From a virus (lineage: Duplodnaviria; Caudoviricetes), in the IMG/VR virus record IMGVR_UViG_2841517901_000005, positions 2,063-66,062 of that record: DNA of 64,000 nt; one strand, given 5' to 3'. This document shows positions 26,941 through 37,296 of the stretch, piece after piece. The translations under genes were made by a program, and so were the position numbers. Within the stretch, counting starts at the first letter, position 1. Each line of letters starts with the position of its first letter. A model generated the notes under the pieces. It saw only the letters and a program-made list of their open reading frames with translations. It was not told the DNA's origin and did not search any database.

Positions 26941-27753
26941 GTGGCGAGCCTGTCCCGGACCCGACCGCGCCCAGCCGAGACGATCCTGCGGCCGGTCCAC
27001 CCGAACGCGGGCCTCGAGGCGGAGTACCGCCGGAAGCTGACGGCCCTGATCGACGAGATGGGCCGCTCGCTGACCTACTGGCTGAGCGCGGCCTACCGCG
27101 GCAACAGCCCGGAGATCGCCGAGGATGAGCTGCCGGCCGAGACCATGCGCCGGGCCATGCGGCGCCTCGCCCGGCGCTGGCAGGCCAATTTCAACGACCT
27201 CGCCGACGACCTGGCGAGATACTTCACGCAGTCGGCCGGCGAGCGCAGCGACGCGAGCCTGAAGGCGGCCCTGAAGAAGGGCGGCTTCACCGTCGAGTTC
27301 AAGATGACCCGGGCGCAGCGCGACGTGCTCAACGCCGCGGTGCACGAGAACGTCAGCCTCATCCGATCCATCCCGCAGCAGCACCTCGCCCAGGTCGAGG
27401 GCATGGTGATGCGCTCGGTGCAGACCGGGCGAGATCTCGGGCAGCTGGCGGATGATCTCCAGCAGCAGCTGGGGGTGACGAAGAAGCGGGCGGCGCTGAT
27501 CGCCCGCGACCAGAACAACAAGGTCACGGCGGCGCTCGCCCGGGCCCGCCAGGTCGAGATGGGCCTGACCGAGGCGGTCTGGCGCCACAGCGGCGGCGGG
27601 AAGCACCCGCGCCCGAAGCACGTCAAGGCGAACGGCCAGCGCTACGACATCCGCGTCGGCCTGCCCGTTGGCGACAAGGGCGAGAACGTCCTGCCGGGCG
27701 AAGCGATCAACTGTCGGTGCATCGGTCGGGCTGTGGTCCCGGGATTTGCGTAG
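26941..27753 (+). CDS. Head morphogenesis protein (MuF/SPP1 gp7)
   Basis: RAALIARDQ, WRHS, PRPKH, PGEAINCRC. Confidence 0.92.
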   Translation: MASLSRTRPRPAETILRPVHPNAGLEAEYRRKLTALIDEMGRSLTYWLSAAYRGNSPEIAEDELPAETMRRAMRRLARRWQANFNDLADDLARYFTQSAGERSDASLKAALKKGGFTVEFKMTRAQRDVLNAAVHENVSLIRSIPQQHLAQVEGMVMRSVQTGRDLGQLADDLQQQLGVTKKRAALIARDQNNKVTAALARARQVEMGLTEAVWRHSGGGKHPRPKHVKANGQRYDIRVGLPVGDKGENVLPGEAINCRCIGRAVVPGFA

Positions 27754-27756
27754 CGC

Positions 27757-27978
27757 GTGAGACAGCAGATGCACAGCGATAAGCAGGTCGTGATCGACGG
27801 GCAGGTACTTACGCCTGAGCAGGCCTGGGTCGTCCATCAGGCCCTTCGTTCGCTGAATGCTCAAGTGGGCAACGTTCTGCGGTTGGGAGCCGAAAATAAG
27901 CCGGTAGCGACGAAAATCGAAGATCTGTGCGGTGAAGTTTTATGGCTCTTTGATAAACAGCCCGAAGCCAATAAGTAG
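27757..27978 (+). CDS. Small lower-GC hypothetical protein
   Basis: 73-aa ORF inserted between MuF and the protease gene. Confidence 0.5.
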   Translation: MRQQMHSDKQVVIDGQVLTPEQAWVVHQALRSLNAQVGNVLRLGAENKPVATKIEDLCGEVLWLFDKQPEANK

Positions 27979-27988
27979 AACTACCAGC

Positions 27989-29395
27989 ATGTCCCTCCAG
28001 ACTATGCGCCAGGATCTGCTGGCGCTCGACCGCGCCACCCTGCGCACGTTCGACCAGGATGGGCACCTGCGGGTCGAGCGGACGCCGATCAGCAAGGCCA
28101 ACGTCTGCGACTACCTCGGCAGCGAGATCCCGCAGTGGCGCCGCCTCGGCCTCGAGCCGAACCGTCGCTACGCGATGCTCCGGTGCCCGGAGGAGCTGGC
28201 GAAGGCGGCGGCCACCTTCCACGGCAAACCACTCCTCTTCGATCACAACCCGATCCACGCCGATGCGCACGATCATGCGCGCACCGTGGGCAGCGTCTGG
28301 AACGCCGAGTTCCAAGACCCCTTCATGTATTCCGCACTGTCGTGCTGGTCGGGACCCGCAATCCGGGCGATCGAAGACGACAGCCAGAAGCAGATTTCGG
28401 CCTCGTACCACTACGATGCCGATATGACGCCGGGTGTGTTCCGCGGCGTTGCTTACGATGGTGTCATGCGGAACATCCGCTGCAACCACGTAAGTCTTGT
28501 TCCGAAGGGCCGCGCAGGGCCCGACGTGGTTGTCTGCGACTCCTACAGAGGATTTGTCATGCCCAAGCGCATTCTGTCGCCGGTGGCCGCTCTGGTGCAG
28601 GGCGCGCTCATGGCACACTACGGCAGCAAGCTCGCCATGGATGGCGGCGTCGATCTCGGCCCAGCGGTGTCGGGCGTCACGCCGAAGAACTTCAAGGCGA
28701 CGATGCCGGCCGTCATCCTCGGCTCCATGAAGGCGCTGCGCGGCAAGCTCGCCCAGGACGCCGAGCTCGAGGACGTCGCCGAGGTCATCGAGGCGCTGGC
28801 GCCGATCATCGAGGCGCTGGAGGAGCCGGTCGCGGCGGCCGACCCGGTCGACGATCCGGAGGCCAAGGATGCGGGCGACGCCGAGCTGCGCGCCATGCTG
28901 AAGGCCAAGGGCCTGTCCGACGAGGAGATCGACCGGATCTGCGGCATGAGCGGCGCGCCGGTGATCGACGAGAAGGACGACGACAAGGACAAGAAGGCGA
29001 TGGACGCCGCGATCCGCACCGCGGTCGCCGCCGCGCTGAAGGGCACCGTATCCAAGCCCGCCATGGACGCGGCGATCGCCGAGGCGACCGAGCGGGTGCG
29101 CACCGAGACCGCCACCCGCCTCGCTGCGATCGACGACGCCCGCCGCTTCGTCCGTCCGTGGGTCGGCGAGCTCCCGATGGCCTTCGACAGCGCCGAGGCG
29201 GTCGAGCGCCAGGCCCTGACCGTGCTGGGCAAGGCCCACGCCGGCAAGCACCCCGACTCGCTGCGCGACATCATCGAGGCCTGCCCGAAGCCGGGCGACG
29301 CCCCGCGCACCAAGCCCCGCCCCGCCATGGACGCCGCCGGCGCCCAGTCCTTCGCCGAGCGCTTCGGCATCGCCCGCATCGGCCGCGCCGCCTGA
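27989..29395 (+). CDS. DUF2213 prohead protease-scaffold
   Basis: TPISKANV..YLG, KPLLFDH, ISASY, NHVSLVPKGRAG; acidic helical C-terminal half. Confidence 0.9.
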   Translation: MSLQTMRQDLLALDRATLRTFDQDGHLRVERTPISKANVCDYLGSEIPQWRRLGLEPNRRYAMLRCPEELAKAAATFHGKPLLFDHNPIHADAHDHARTVGSVWNAEFQDPFMYSALSCWSGPAIRAIEDDSQKQISASYHYDADMTPGVFRGVAYDGVMRNIRCNHVSLVPKGRAGPDVVVCDSYRGFVMPKRILSPVAALVQGALMAHYGSKLAMDGGVDLGPAVSGVTPKNFKATMPAVILGSMKALRGKLAQDAELEDVAEVIEALAPIIEALEEPVAAADPVDDPEAKDAGDAELRAMLKAKGLSDEEIDRICGMSGAPVIDEKDDDKDKKAMDAAIRTAVAAALKGTVSKPAMDAAIAEATERVRTETATRLAAIDDARRFVRPWVGELPMAFDSAEAVERQALTVLGKAHAGKHPDSLRDIIEACPKPGDAPRTKPRPAMDAAGAQSFAERFGIARIGRAA

Positions 29396-29422
29396 TCGGC
29401 TGACCGCACAGGAGACGAGACG

Positions 29423-29932
29423 ATGTTCCCCACCACCGTCAGCTACGCACCGGCGCGCGGCGTCGAGGGCGATTTCTGCGACAGCAATCCCCGGTCGACC
29501 GTCAACGCGGGTCCGGGCGGCCTCGTGGTCGGCCCGGCCGGCGCCGTCATCGGCCGCTTCTGCTGGGCCACCGCGCCGAACGACGGCGACGGCGCCCCGG
29601 CGACCGTGACCAACTCGGGCACCGGCGCCCCGACCGGGTTCCTGCACCGTGAGCAGCAGGGCCTGATCACGACGTTCCTGGCCGAGTCCGGGATGACCAT
29701 GCTCCCGGGCATGCCGGTCACCCTCTTCAAGACGGGCGGGTTCTGGGCCCGGAACGCCGGCTCTTCGGCGTCGGCCTACGGCAACAAGGTGTTCGCCAGC
29801 AATACGGACGGCTCGGTGTCGTTCGCAGCGGCCGGCGCCACGGTGGCCGGCTCCACCGAGACCAAGTGGTTCGCCATGTCCGTCGGGGCAGCGGGCGAGC
29901 TTGTGAAGATCTCCGCCACGCCGAACGGCTGA
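29423..29932 (+). CDS. Capsid cement/decoration protein
   Basis: GVEGDF..NP...GRFCW...GGFWA; immediately before the capsid gene. Confidence 0.75.
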   Translation: MFPTTVSYAPARGVEGDFCDSNPRSTVNAGPGGLVVGPAGAVIGRFCWATAPNDGDGAPATVTNSGTGAPTGFLHREQQGLITTFLAESGMTMLPGMPVTLFKTGGFWARNAGSSASAYGNKVFASNTDGSVSFAAAGATVAGSTETKWFAMSVGAAGELVKISATPNG

Positions 29933-29958
29933 TGCGGATCGGCAGCGGAGAAACGAAG

Positions 29959-31077
29959 ATGCACACGATCGAACAGATCCGGGCGATGCCGCCCGCCGAG
30001 GCGCGCAACCTGTTCCAGTCCGAGAGGGCGGATCTGGCCGAGTTCGGCATGCACCTCGACCACGTCGAGGCCTATGCCACCACCGGGATCCGCCGCGACT
30101 ACACGATCGCGATGGACGCCCTGCCGGCGCTCCAGACCGCGCCGACCAGCGCCATCCCGGCGATGCTCACCACCACCATCGACCCGAACGTGATCCGGGT
30201 CCGGTTCACCCCGACCAAGGCCGCCCAGATCTTCGGCGAGCAGAAGCAGGGCGACTGGCTCCAGGACACCGCGATGTTCCCGGTGGTCGAGCACACCGGC
30301 GAGACGTCGGCCTATGGCGATTACGCCAACAACGGCACGGTCGGCGTCAACATGAACTGGCCGCAGCGGCAGCAGTTCTTGTACCAGACGATCTCCGAGT
30401 ACGGCGAGCGCGAGATGGGTCGGGCCGGCCTTGCCGGTATCAACCTCGTCGCCGAGAAGGACGAGGCTGCCGCCACCGTGATGGGGCGGTTCGAGAACAC
30501 CATCTACTTCGTGGGTGTCGCTGGCCTTCAGAACTACGGCATCCTGAACGACCCGGCGCTGCCGCCGGCGACCACCCCGGCCACGAAGGCGGCGGGCGGT
30601 ACCACCTGGCAGACCCCGGGCGGCTCGCCGAACGCGACGGCCAACGAGGTCTACAACGACGCCATGGCGCTGTTCGCCCTGCTCGTCGCGCAGACCGGCG
30701 GCATGGTCAACGCCGAGGACCAGCTGGTCCTCACGATGTCGCCCGGGTCCAAGGTCTCGCTCGGCTACATCAACCAGTTCAACCTCAAGGTCCGGGACGC
30801 GCTCGCCGCCGAATTCCCGAACCTCGAGGTGATCGACGCGGTCCAGTACGGCCGCCAGACGGCCACGAACCCGCAGGGCATCGCCGCCGGCAACATGATG
30901 CAGCTGATCGCCAAGACGGTCGACGGGCAGCCGACCGGCTACTGCGCCTACTCGGAGAAGATGCGGTCGCACAACCTCGTCACCGAGATGTCGTCCTACA
31001 AGAAGAAGTGGTCCGGCGGCGCCTGGGGCGCGGTGATCCGCCTTCCCTACGCCGTCGCCACCATGGTCGGGATCTGA
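29959..31077 (+). CDS. Major capsid protein (DUF2184 type)
   Basis: AMDA, IPAMLTT.IDP, YGD, NYGILNDP, GAVIRLP.A...M.GI. Confidence 0.9.
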   Translation: MHTIEQIRAMPPAEARNLFQSERADLAEFGMHLDHVEAYATTGIRRDYTIAMDALPALQTAPTSAIPAMLTTTIDPNVIRVRFTPTKAAQIFGEQKQGDWLQDTAMFPVVEHTGETSAYGDYANNGTVGVNMNWPQRQQFLYQTISEYGEREMGRAGLAGINLVAEKDEAAATVMGRFENTIYFVGVAGLQNYGILNDPALPPATTPATKAAGGTTWQTPGGSPNATANEVYNDAMALFALLVAQTGGMVNAEDQLVLTMSPGSKVSLGYINQFNLKVRDALAAEFPNLEVIDAVQYGRQTATNPQGIAAGNMMQLIAKTVDGQPTGYCAYSEKMRSHNLVTEMSSYKKKWSGGAWGAVIRLPYAVATMVGI

Positions 31078-31079
31078 TC

Positions 31080-31562
31080 ATGGGCGCGGCGCGTCTCAAG
31101 AGCCAGCGCGCGGCCACGGGTAATACCGTGACCGCCGCCCGCGACGTCGTCACCGTCGGCTGCAAGCTGCCGGGCGGCCTCATCATGCGCGAGTTCGTGG
31201 AAGCGCAGGAAACCGAGGTCGTGCAGGGCGGCCCGCCGCGCCAGGTGGCCGTGCACCAGCCGACCGGCCAGCAGATCACGATCCTTGGCACCGGCGCCCG
31301 CATCGGCCTGCCGCCGCCGATCCTGGTCCGCGGGTACCGCCTCACCCCCAACGTGCCCAAGGCGCTTTGGGATGGGTGGCTCGCCGCCAACCGCAACAGC
31401 GACATGGTGCGCAACGGCCTCATCTACGCCTCGCCGCAGCAGCGCGACGTCGAGGCCTTCGCCCGCGAGCACGAGACCGCCCGCACCGGACTCGAGGGCA
31501 TCGATCCCGACAATCCGGGCGCCCGCGTCCGGGGCATCCAGCGCGGCGACAAGCCCAAGTAG
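31080..31562 (+). CDS. Head-associated phage protein
   Basis: VTVGCKLPGGL..TPNVPKALWDGW..GLEGIDP. Confidence 0.75.
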   Translation: MGAARLKSQRAATGNTVTAARDVVTVGCKLPGGLIMREFVEAQETEVVQGGPPRQVAVHQPTGQQITILGTGARIGLPPPILVRGYRLTPNVPKALWDGWLAANRNSDMVRNGLIYASPQQRDVEAFAREHETARTGLEGIDPDNPGARVRGIQRGDKPK

Positions 31563-31571
31563 GAGGCTGAG

Positions 31572-32213
31572 ATGGACGACACGAACCTGATCACCATCGG
31601 CTGCCGACACCCCTCGGGCCTGCGCCTGCGGGTGTCCGAGTGGTTCAAGACCCCGGGCCTCGACGAGCCGCAGCTGCGCGAGATTGCGGTCTACGACCTC
31701 GCCGGCAGCGGCCAGCATCAGGGCGTGCCGGGAAACGGCACGCTGCCCGGCTACACCAAGATCCCGGCGGAGCACTGGGAGAAGTGGAAGGCCCTGAACG
31801 GGCATTCCGACCTCTACGCCTCCGGCACCCTGTTCGAGGCCCAGGAGGGCGACGACGCGCCCGAGGCGCCGCAGCTCACCGCCGAGGAGGAGCGCGAGCG
31901 GGAGAACGCCGAGGCCCGGCGGCTCGCCAAGGAGCAGGCGCAGCTGGCGGCCGACGCCAAGGCCCGAGAGGCTGAGGAGGCGAAGGCGGAGGCCGATCGC
32001 GCGGCGAGGGCCGCAGCCGATCACGCGGACCAGGGCGGCCTTCCGGGCGGGGGTGACGGATCCGAGGAGGAGCCGGCCCCTGACGCCGAGCTCGACAAGC
32101 TCACCGACGACGAACTGCGCGCCTACGTCCGTGACCGCGGCGTGATCGTCGATGGTCGCTGGGGCCGCAAAAAGCTCCTCGTCGAGGCTGAGAAGCTGAA
32201 GGCCAAGGGCTGA
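31572..32213 (+). CDS. Paralogue of the preceding protein with a coiled coil and HeH-like tail
   Basis: ITIGCRHPSGL..IPAEHWEKW; tail LTDDELRAYV..GV.VDGRWG..KL. Confidence 0.7.
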   Translation: MDDTNLITIGCRHPSGLRLRVSEWFKTPGLDEPQLREIAVYDLAGSGQHQGVPGNGTLPGYTKIPAEHWEKWKALNGHSDLYASGTLFEAQEGDDAPEAPQLTAEEERERENAEARRLAKEQAQLAADAKAREAEEAKAEADRAARAAADHADQGGLPGGGDGSEEEPAPDAELDKLTDDELRAYVRDRGVIVDGRWGRKKLLVEAEKLKAKG

Positions 32214-32215
32214 CC

Positions 32216-32650
32216 ATGGGCGCCGCCGCCACCTTCGACTATGACGCGTGGTGCCGGCGCTACCCGGAGCTCTCGACCGTCTCGCAGCCGCAGGCCGAGG
32301 ACTACTTCACCGAGGCCACCTTGTACCTGCGCAACGACGGTGCCGGACCGGTGCGCGATCCGGCGCAGCAGCTGATGCTGCTCAACATGCTGGCCGCGCA
32401 CATCGCCTCTCTGAACGGCGCGAACGCCGACGGCTCGGCGTCCGGCGGCATCGTCGGGCGGATCGCGTCGGCCACTGAGGGATCGGTGAGCGTCACCGCG
32501 GCCGAGATGCCGAACGAGGGCAGCCTGGCGGCATGGTTCCAGATGACGCCCTACGGTTTGGCGTACTGGGCCGCGACCGCGCCGCTGCGCATGGCCCGCT
32601 ACATCCCGGGCCCGCGGCGCGGCTGCACGCATTACGGCCGGGGCTGGTAG
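32216..32650 (+). CDS. Head-tail adaptor (DUF4054)
   Basis: YPE, LAAH, GRIASATEGSVSV, TPYG. Confidence 0.88.
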   Translation: MGAAATFDYDAWCRRYPELSTVSQPQAEDYFTEATLYLRNDGAGPVRDPAQQLMLLNMLAAHIASLNGANADGSASGGIVGRIASATEGSVSVTAAEMPNEGSLAAWFQMTPYGLAYWAATAPLRMARYIPGPRRGCTHYGRGW

Positions 32651-32652
32651 CC

Positions 32653-33096
32653 ATGGTCACCGTCAAGGGTGGCATGGCGCTCGAGCGGCGCCTGGGCGAG
32701 CTCGCCGCGAAGCTCGGCGACGGCCCGACCCTCTCCGTCGGCTTCCTGGAGGGATCGACCTATCCGGATGGCACATCGGTGCCGATGGTCGCGGCCACGC
32801 AGGAATTCGGCGCCCCGGCGCGCAACATCCCCCCGCGCCCGTTTTTTCGCTTGATGGTCGCCGACAAATCGCCGGGCTGGTCCACCTCGCTCGCCGCGAC
32901 CCTCAAGGCCACGAACTACGATCCCAAGGCGGCGCTCGGCCTGATGGGCGAGGGCATCAAGGGTCAGCTCCAGCAGAGCATCCTGGACCTGAACTCGCCG
33001 CCGCTGAGCCCGAAGACGATCGCGCGGAAGGGCTTCGACAAGCCGTTGGTGGACACGTCCGTGATGCTGAACAGCGTCGATTACGTGGTCGAGTGA
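32653..33096 (+). CDS. Neck/tail-completion protein
   Basis: VGFLE..YPDG..EFG..IPPRPF..KGFDKPLVDT. Confidence 0.85.
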   Translation: MVTVKGGMALERRLGELAAKLGDGPTLSVGFLEGSTYPDGTSVPMVAATQEFGAPARNIPPRPFFRLMVADKSPGWSTSLAATLKATNYDPKAALGLMGEGIKGQLQQSILDLNSPPLSPKTIARKGFDKPLVDTSVMLNSVDYVVE

Positions 33097-33503
33097 CGAT
33101 GAACCTCCGCGCCATCGCGAACCAAGCCACGCAGCGGGTCAACCCGAACGTCTCGGCGGTGATCAAGCGTTCTCTGGCCCCGACGACTTCAGCCAGCGGG
33201 AAGCGCACCCCGACCTATGAGGATCTGCCCATTCGGGTCCAGGTCCAGCCCGCCTCGACCGGCGACATTCAGAAGCTCGAAGCCCTGAACATCCAGGGCG
33301 TCCACCGGGTCATCTACATCTCGGCCGAGGTCGAGGCGATGATCCGGGTCGACAAGAAGGGCGGCGACCAGATCGTGTTCGAGGCCGGCGTGATGCCCGA
33401 GGACGACCAGGGCACGCGCTGGATCATCTCGGCGGTGCTGGAGGTCTGGGGCCACGAATGGCGCAAGTGCGCCATCACCCTGCAGAACTCGTACACGCCA
33501 TGA
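33093..33503 (+). CDS. Head-closure/neck protein
   Basis: MNLRAIA..VNP..QVQ..LNIQG..GGD. Confidence 0.8.
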   Translation: MTMNLRAIANQATQRVNPNVSAVIKRSLAPTTSASGKRTPTYEDLPIRVQVQPASTGDIQKLEALNIQGVHRVIYISAEVEAMIRVDKKGGDQIVFEAGVMPEDDQGTRWIISAVLEVWGHEWRKCAITLQNSYTP

Positions 33504-34225
33504 TCCCCGTCGCCGTCACCCCGTCGCAGGACGACATCTTCACGGCGCTCCGGGCGGTGCTGCTCACGCTCACCCCCGACGGCGCCGAGGTGGTGCAGGG
33601 TCAGGACAACAACGTCACCGCGCCCCAGGCCGCGGACTACGTCGTGATGACGATCCTACGGCGCGAGCGCATCGCCACCAACGTGGTCGCCTGGCAGGAT
33701 TGCACCCTCGTCGGCTCGGCCGCCGGCACGGTCCTCACCGTCGAGCGCGTCACGCTCGGCACCCTGGAGGCGGGCCGGCCGCTCTACGGCACCGGGATCA
33801 GCCCGGACCCCATCATCGTCGCCATCAACGGCGACGGCACGGCCACCCTCTCGTCCCCCGCCGTCTTCGCCTCCCGCCCCCTCGCCGCCGGCGTCCGGGC
33901 CATGCGCCAGGCCACCCGGGTCGTGATGCAACTCGACGTCCACAGCGACGACCTCTCCCGAGCCTCGGACACCGCGCAGGCCATCGCGACGGTGCTGCGT
34001 GACCTCTCCGGGGTCGAGATGCTGCGCGCGAGCGGACACCCGATCACGCCGCTTCACGCCGACGACCCGAAGCAAGTGCCCTTCGTCAACGCCGAGGGCC
34101 AGTACGAGTCCCGCTACGTGGTCGAGGCTCACCTGCAAGCCGACCAGACCCTGCTCCTGCCGCAGCAATACGCCGATCGCCTCAAGGTGGATCGGATCCC
34201 CGCCGACATTGTCTACGCCGCCTGA
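33500..34225 (+). CDS. Tail terminator-like protein with an inserted beta domain
   Basis: GQDN, QLDV, PLHADDPKQVPF.N.E.QYE.R. Confidence 0.75.
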   Translation: MIPVAVTPSQDDIFTALRAVLLTLTPDGAEVVQGQDNNVTAPQAADYVVMTILRRERIATNVVAWQDCTLVGSAAGTVLTVERVTLGTLEAGRPLYGTGISPDPIIVAINGDGTATLSSPAVFASRPLAAGVRAMRQATRVVMQLDVHSDDLSRASDTAQAIATVLRDLSGVEMLRASGHPITPLHADDPKQVPFVNAEGQYESRYVVEAHLQADQTLLLPQQYADRLKVDRIPADIVYAA

Positions 34226-36208
<1,983 letters not shown>

Positions 36209-36234
36209 TCGCCAGATCGTAAGGAGCACGGCAC

Positions 36235-36663
36235 ATGTCGATCACGTCCGCCAACGCCGTTCTGATGCTCGGCGTCACCAACCTGTTTCCGACGCCGCAG
36301 CTGATCCAGGGGTTCGCGGCCGACGACATCTACGACACCGAGTCCAACGAGATCGGTGAGACGATGATGGGCGTGGACGGCTTCCTGTCCGGCGGCTTCG
36401 TCTTCAACCCGGTCGCGCAGGGCATCTCGCTCATGGCCGATTCGCCGTCCGCTGCGTTCTTCGACGCCTGGGCGAACGCCGAGCGCGTGATCCGGGACAA
36501 GTACACCGCCTTCGGGACGATCTATCTCCAGGGCACCGGCAAGAAGTACGCCATGACGAAAGGCTTCCTGATCTCGGCGCCGGTCCTGCCCGACGCCAAG
36601 AAGGTGCTTCAGCCACGCAAGTTCAATCTCCGCTGGGAGCGCGTGCTCCCGGCCCCGGTCTGA
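36235..36663 (+). CDS. Tail tube protein
   Basis: ITSAN, QGFAADD, MGVDG.LSGG, L.ADSPS. Confidence 0.85.
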   Translation: MSITSANAVLMLGVTNLFPTPQLIQGFAADDIYDTESNEIGETMMGVDGFLSGGFVFNPVAQGISLMADSPSAAFFDAWANAERVIRDKYTAFGTIYLQGTGKKYAMTKGFLISAPVLPDAKKVLQPRKFNLRWERVLPAPV

Positions 36664-36673
36664 GGGTGCGACG

Positions 36674-37159
36674 ATGGCGCGGCGTGAGAAGCGGGTTACC
36701 ATCCCCTCCGATGACCCGGAGAACCGGGATGGTGGCAAGACCTATTTCCTGAAGGAGATGCCGGCGACGCAGGCCGAGGACTGGGCGATGCGCGCCCTGT
36801 TGGCGCTGACCGCGGCCGGCGCCGAGATCCCCGACGACCTCGAGGGTGCCGGCATGGCTGGGCTCGCCGTTATGGGCGTGCAGGCCCTAACCGGACTCAA
36901 GCACGCCGACGTGAAGCCGCTGATGGACGAAATGTTCACCTGCGTGCAGGCCTGCCCGGACCGCGGGAACCCGAACGTCGTCCGGCCGCTGGTCGAGGAC
37001 GATATCGAGGAGGTCCAGACACGCCTTCTCCTGCGCAAGGAGATCCTGCAGCTGCACGTGGGTTTTTCGCTGCCCGGCGCCCCGTCGAAGTCGACATCGG
37101 GGATGCCGGGGGCGGCGGGCGGCGTTTCAAGAATTACCCGAACCTCCCCCGCACGATAG
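36674..37159 (+). CDS. Tail assembly chaperone (G)
   Basis: RDGGKTYFLKEM..DIEEVQT..LR; lies before the tape measure gene. Confidence 0.85.
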   Translation: MARREKRVTIPSDDPENRDGGKTYFLKEMPATQAEDWAMRALLALTAAGAEIPDDLEGAGMAGLAVMGVQALTGLKHADVKPLMDEMFTCVQACPDRGNPNVVRPLVEDDIEEVQTRLLLRKEILQLHVGFSLPGAPSKSTSGMPGAAGGVSRITRTSPAR

Positions 37160-37293
37160 CGGTCATCGTGTCGTCTGGTCGGGCGACGCTGCACGAGTTG
37201 CAGACCGTCTACGGCATCAAGGACGCCTTCGACTTGCTCGAAGTGATTCAGATCGACGCGCACAACGAGCGCGCGGCACAGAAGGAGCAATGA
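37060..37293 (+). CDS. -1 frameshift extension (GT) of the tail chaperone
   Basis: Slippery G GGT TTT at 37060-37066; the -1 frame is open to TGA at 37293 (...ATLHELQTVYGIKDAFDLLEVIQIDAHNE...). Confidence 0.8.
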   Translation, partial: GFFAARRPVEVDIGDAGGGGRRFKNYPNLPRTIAVIVSSGRATLHELQTVYGIKDAFDLLEVIQIDAHNERAAQKEQ

Positions 37294-37296
37294 CCC

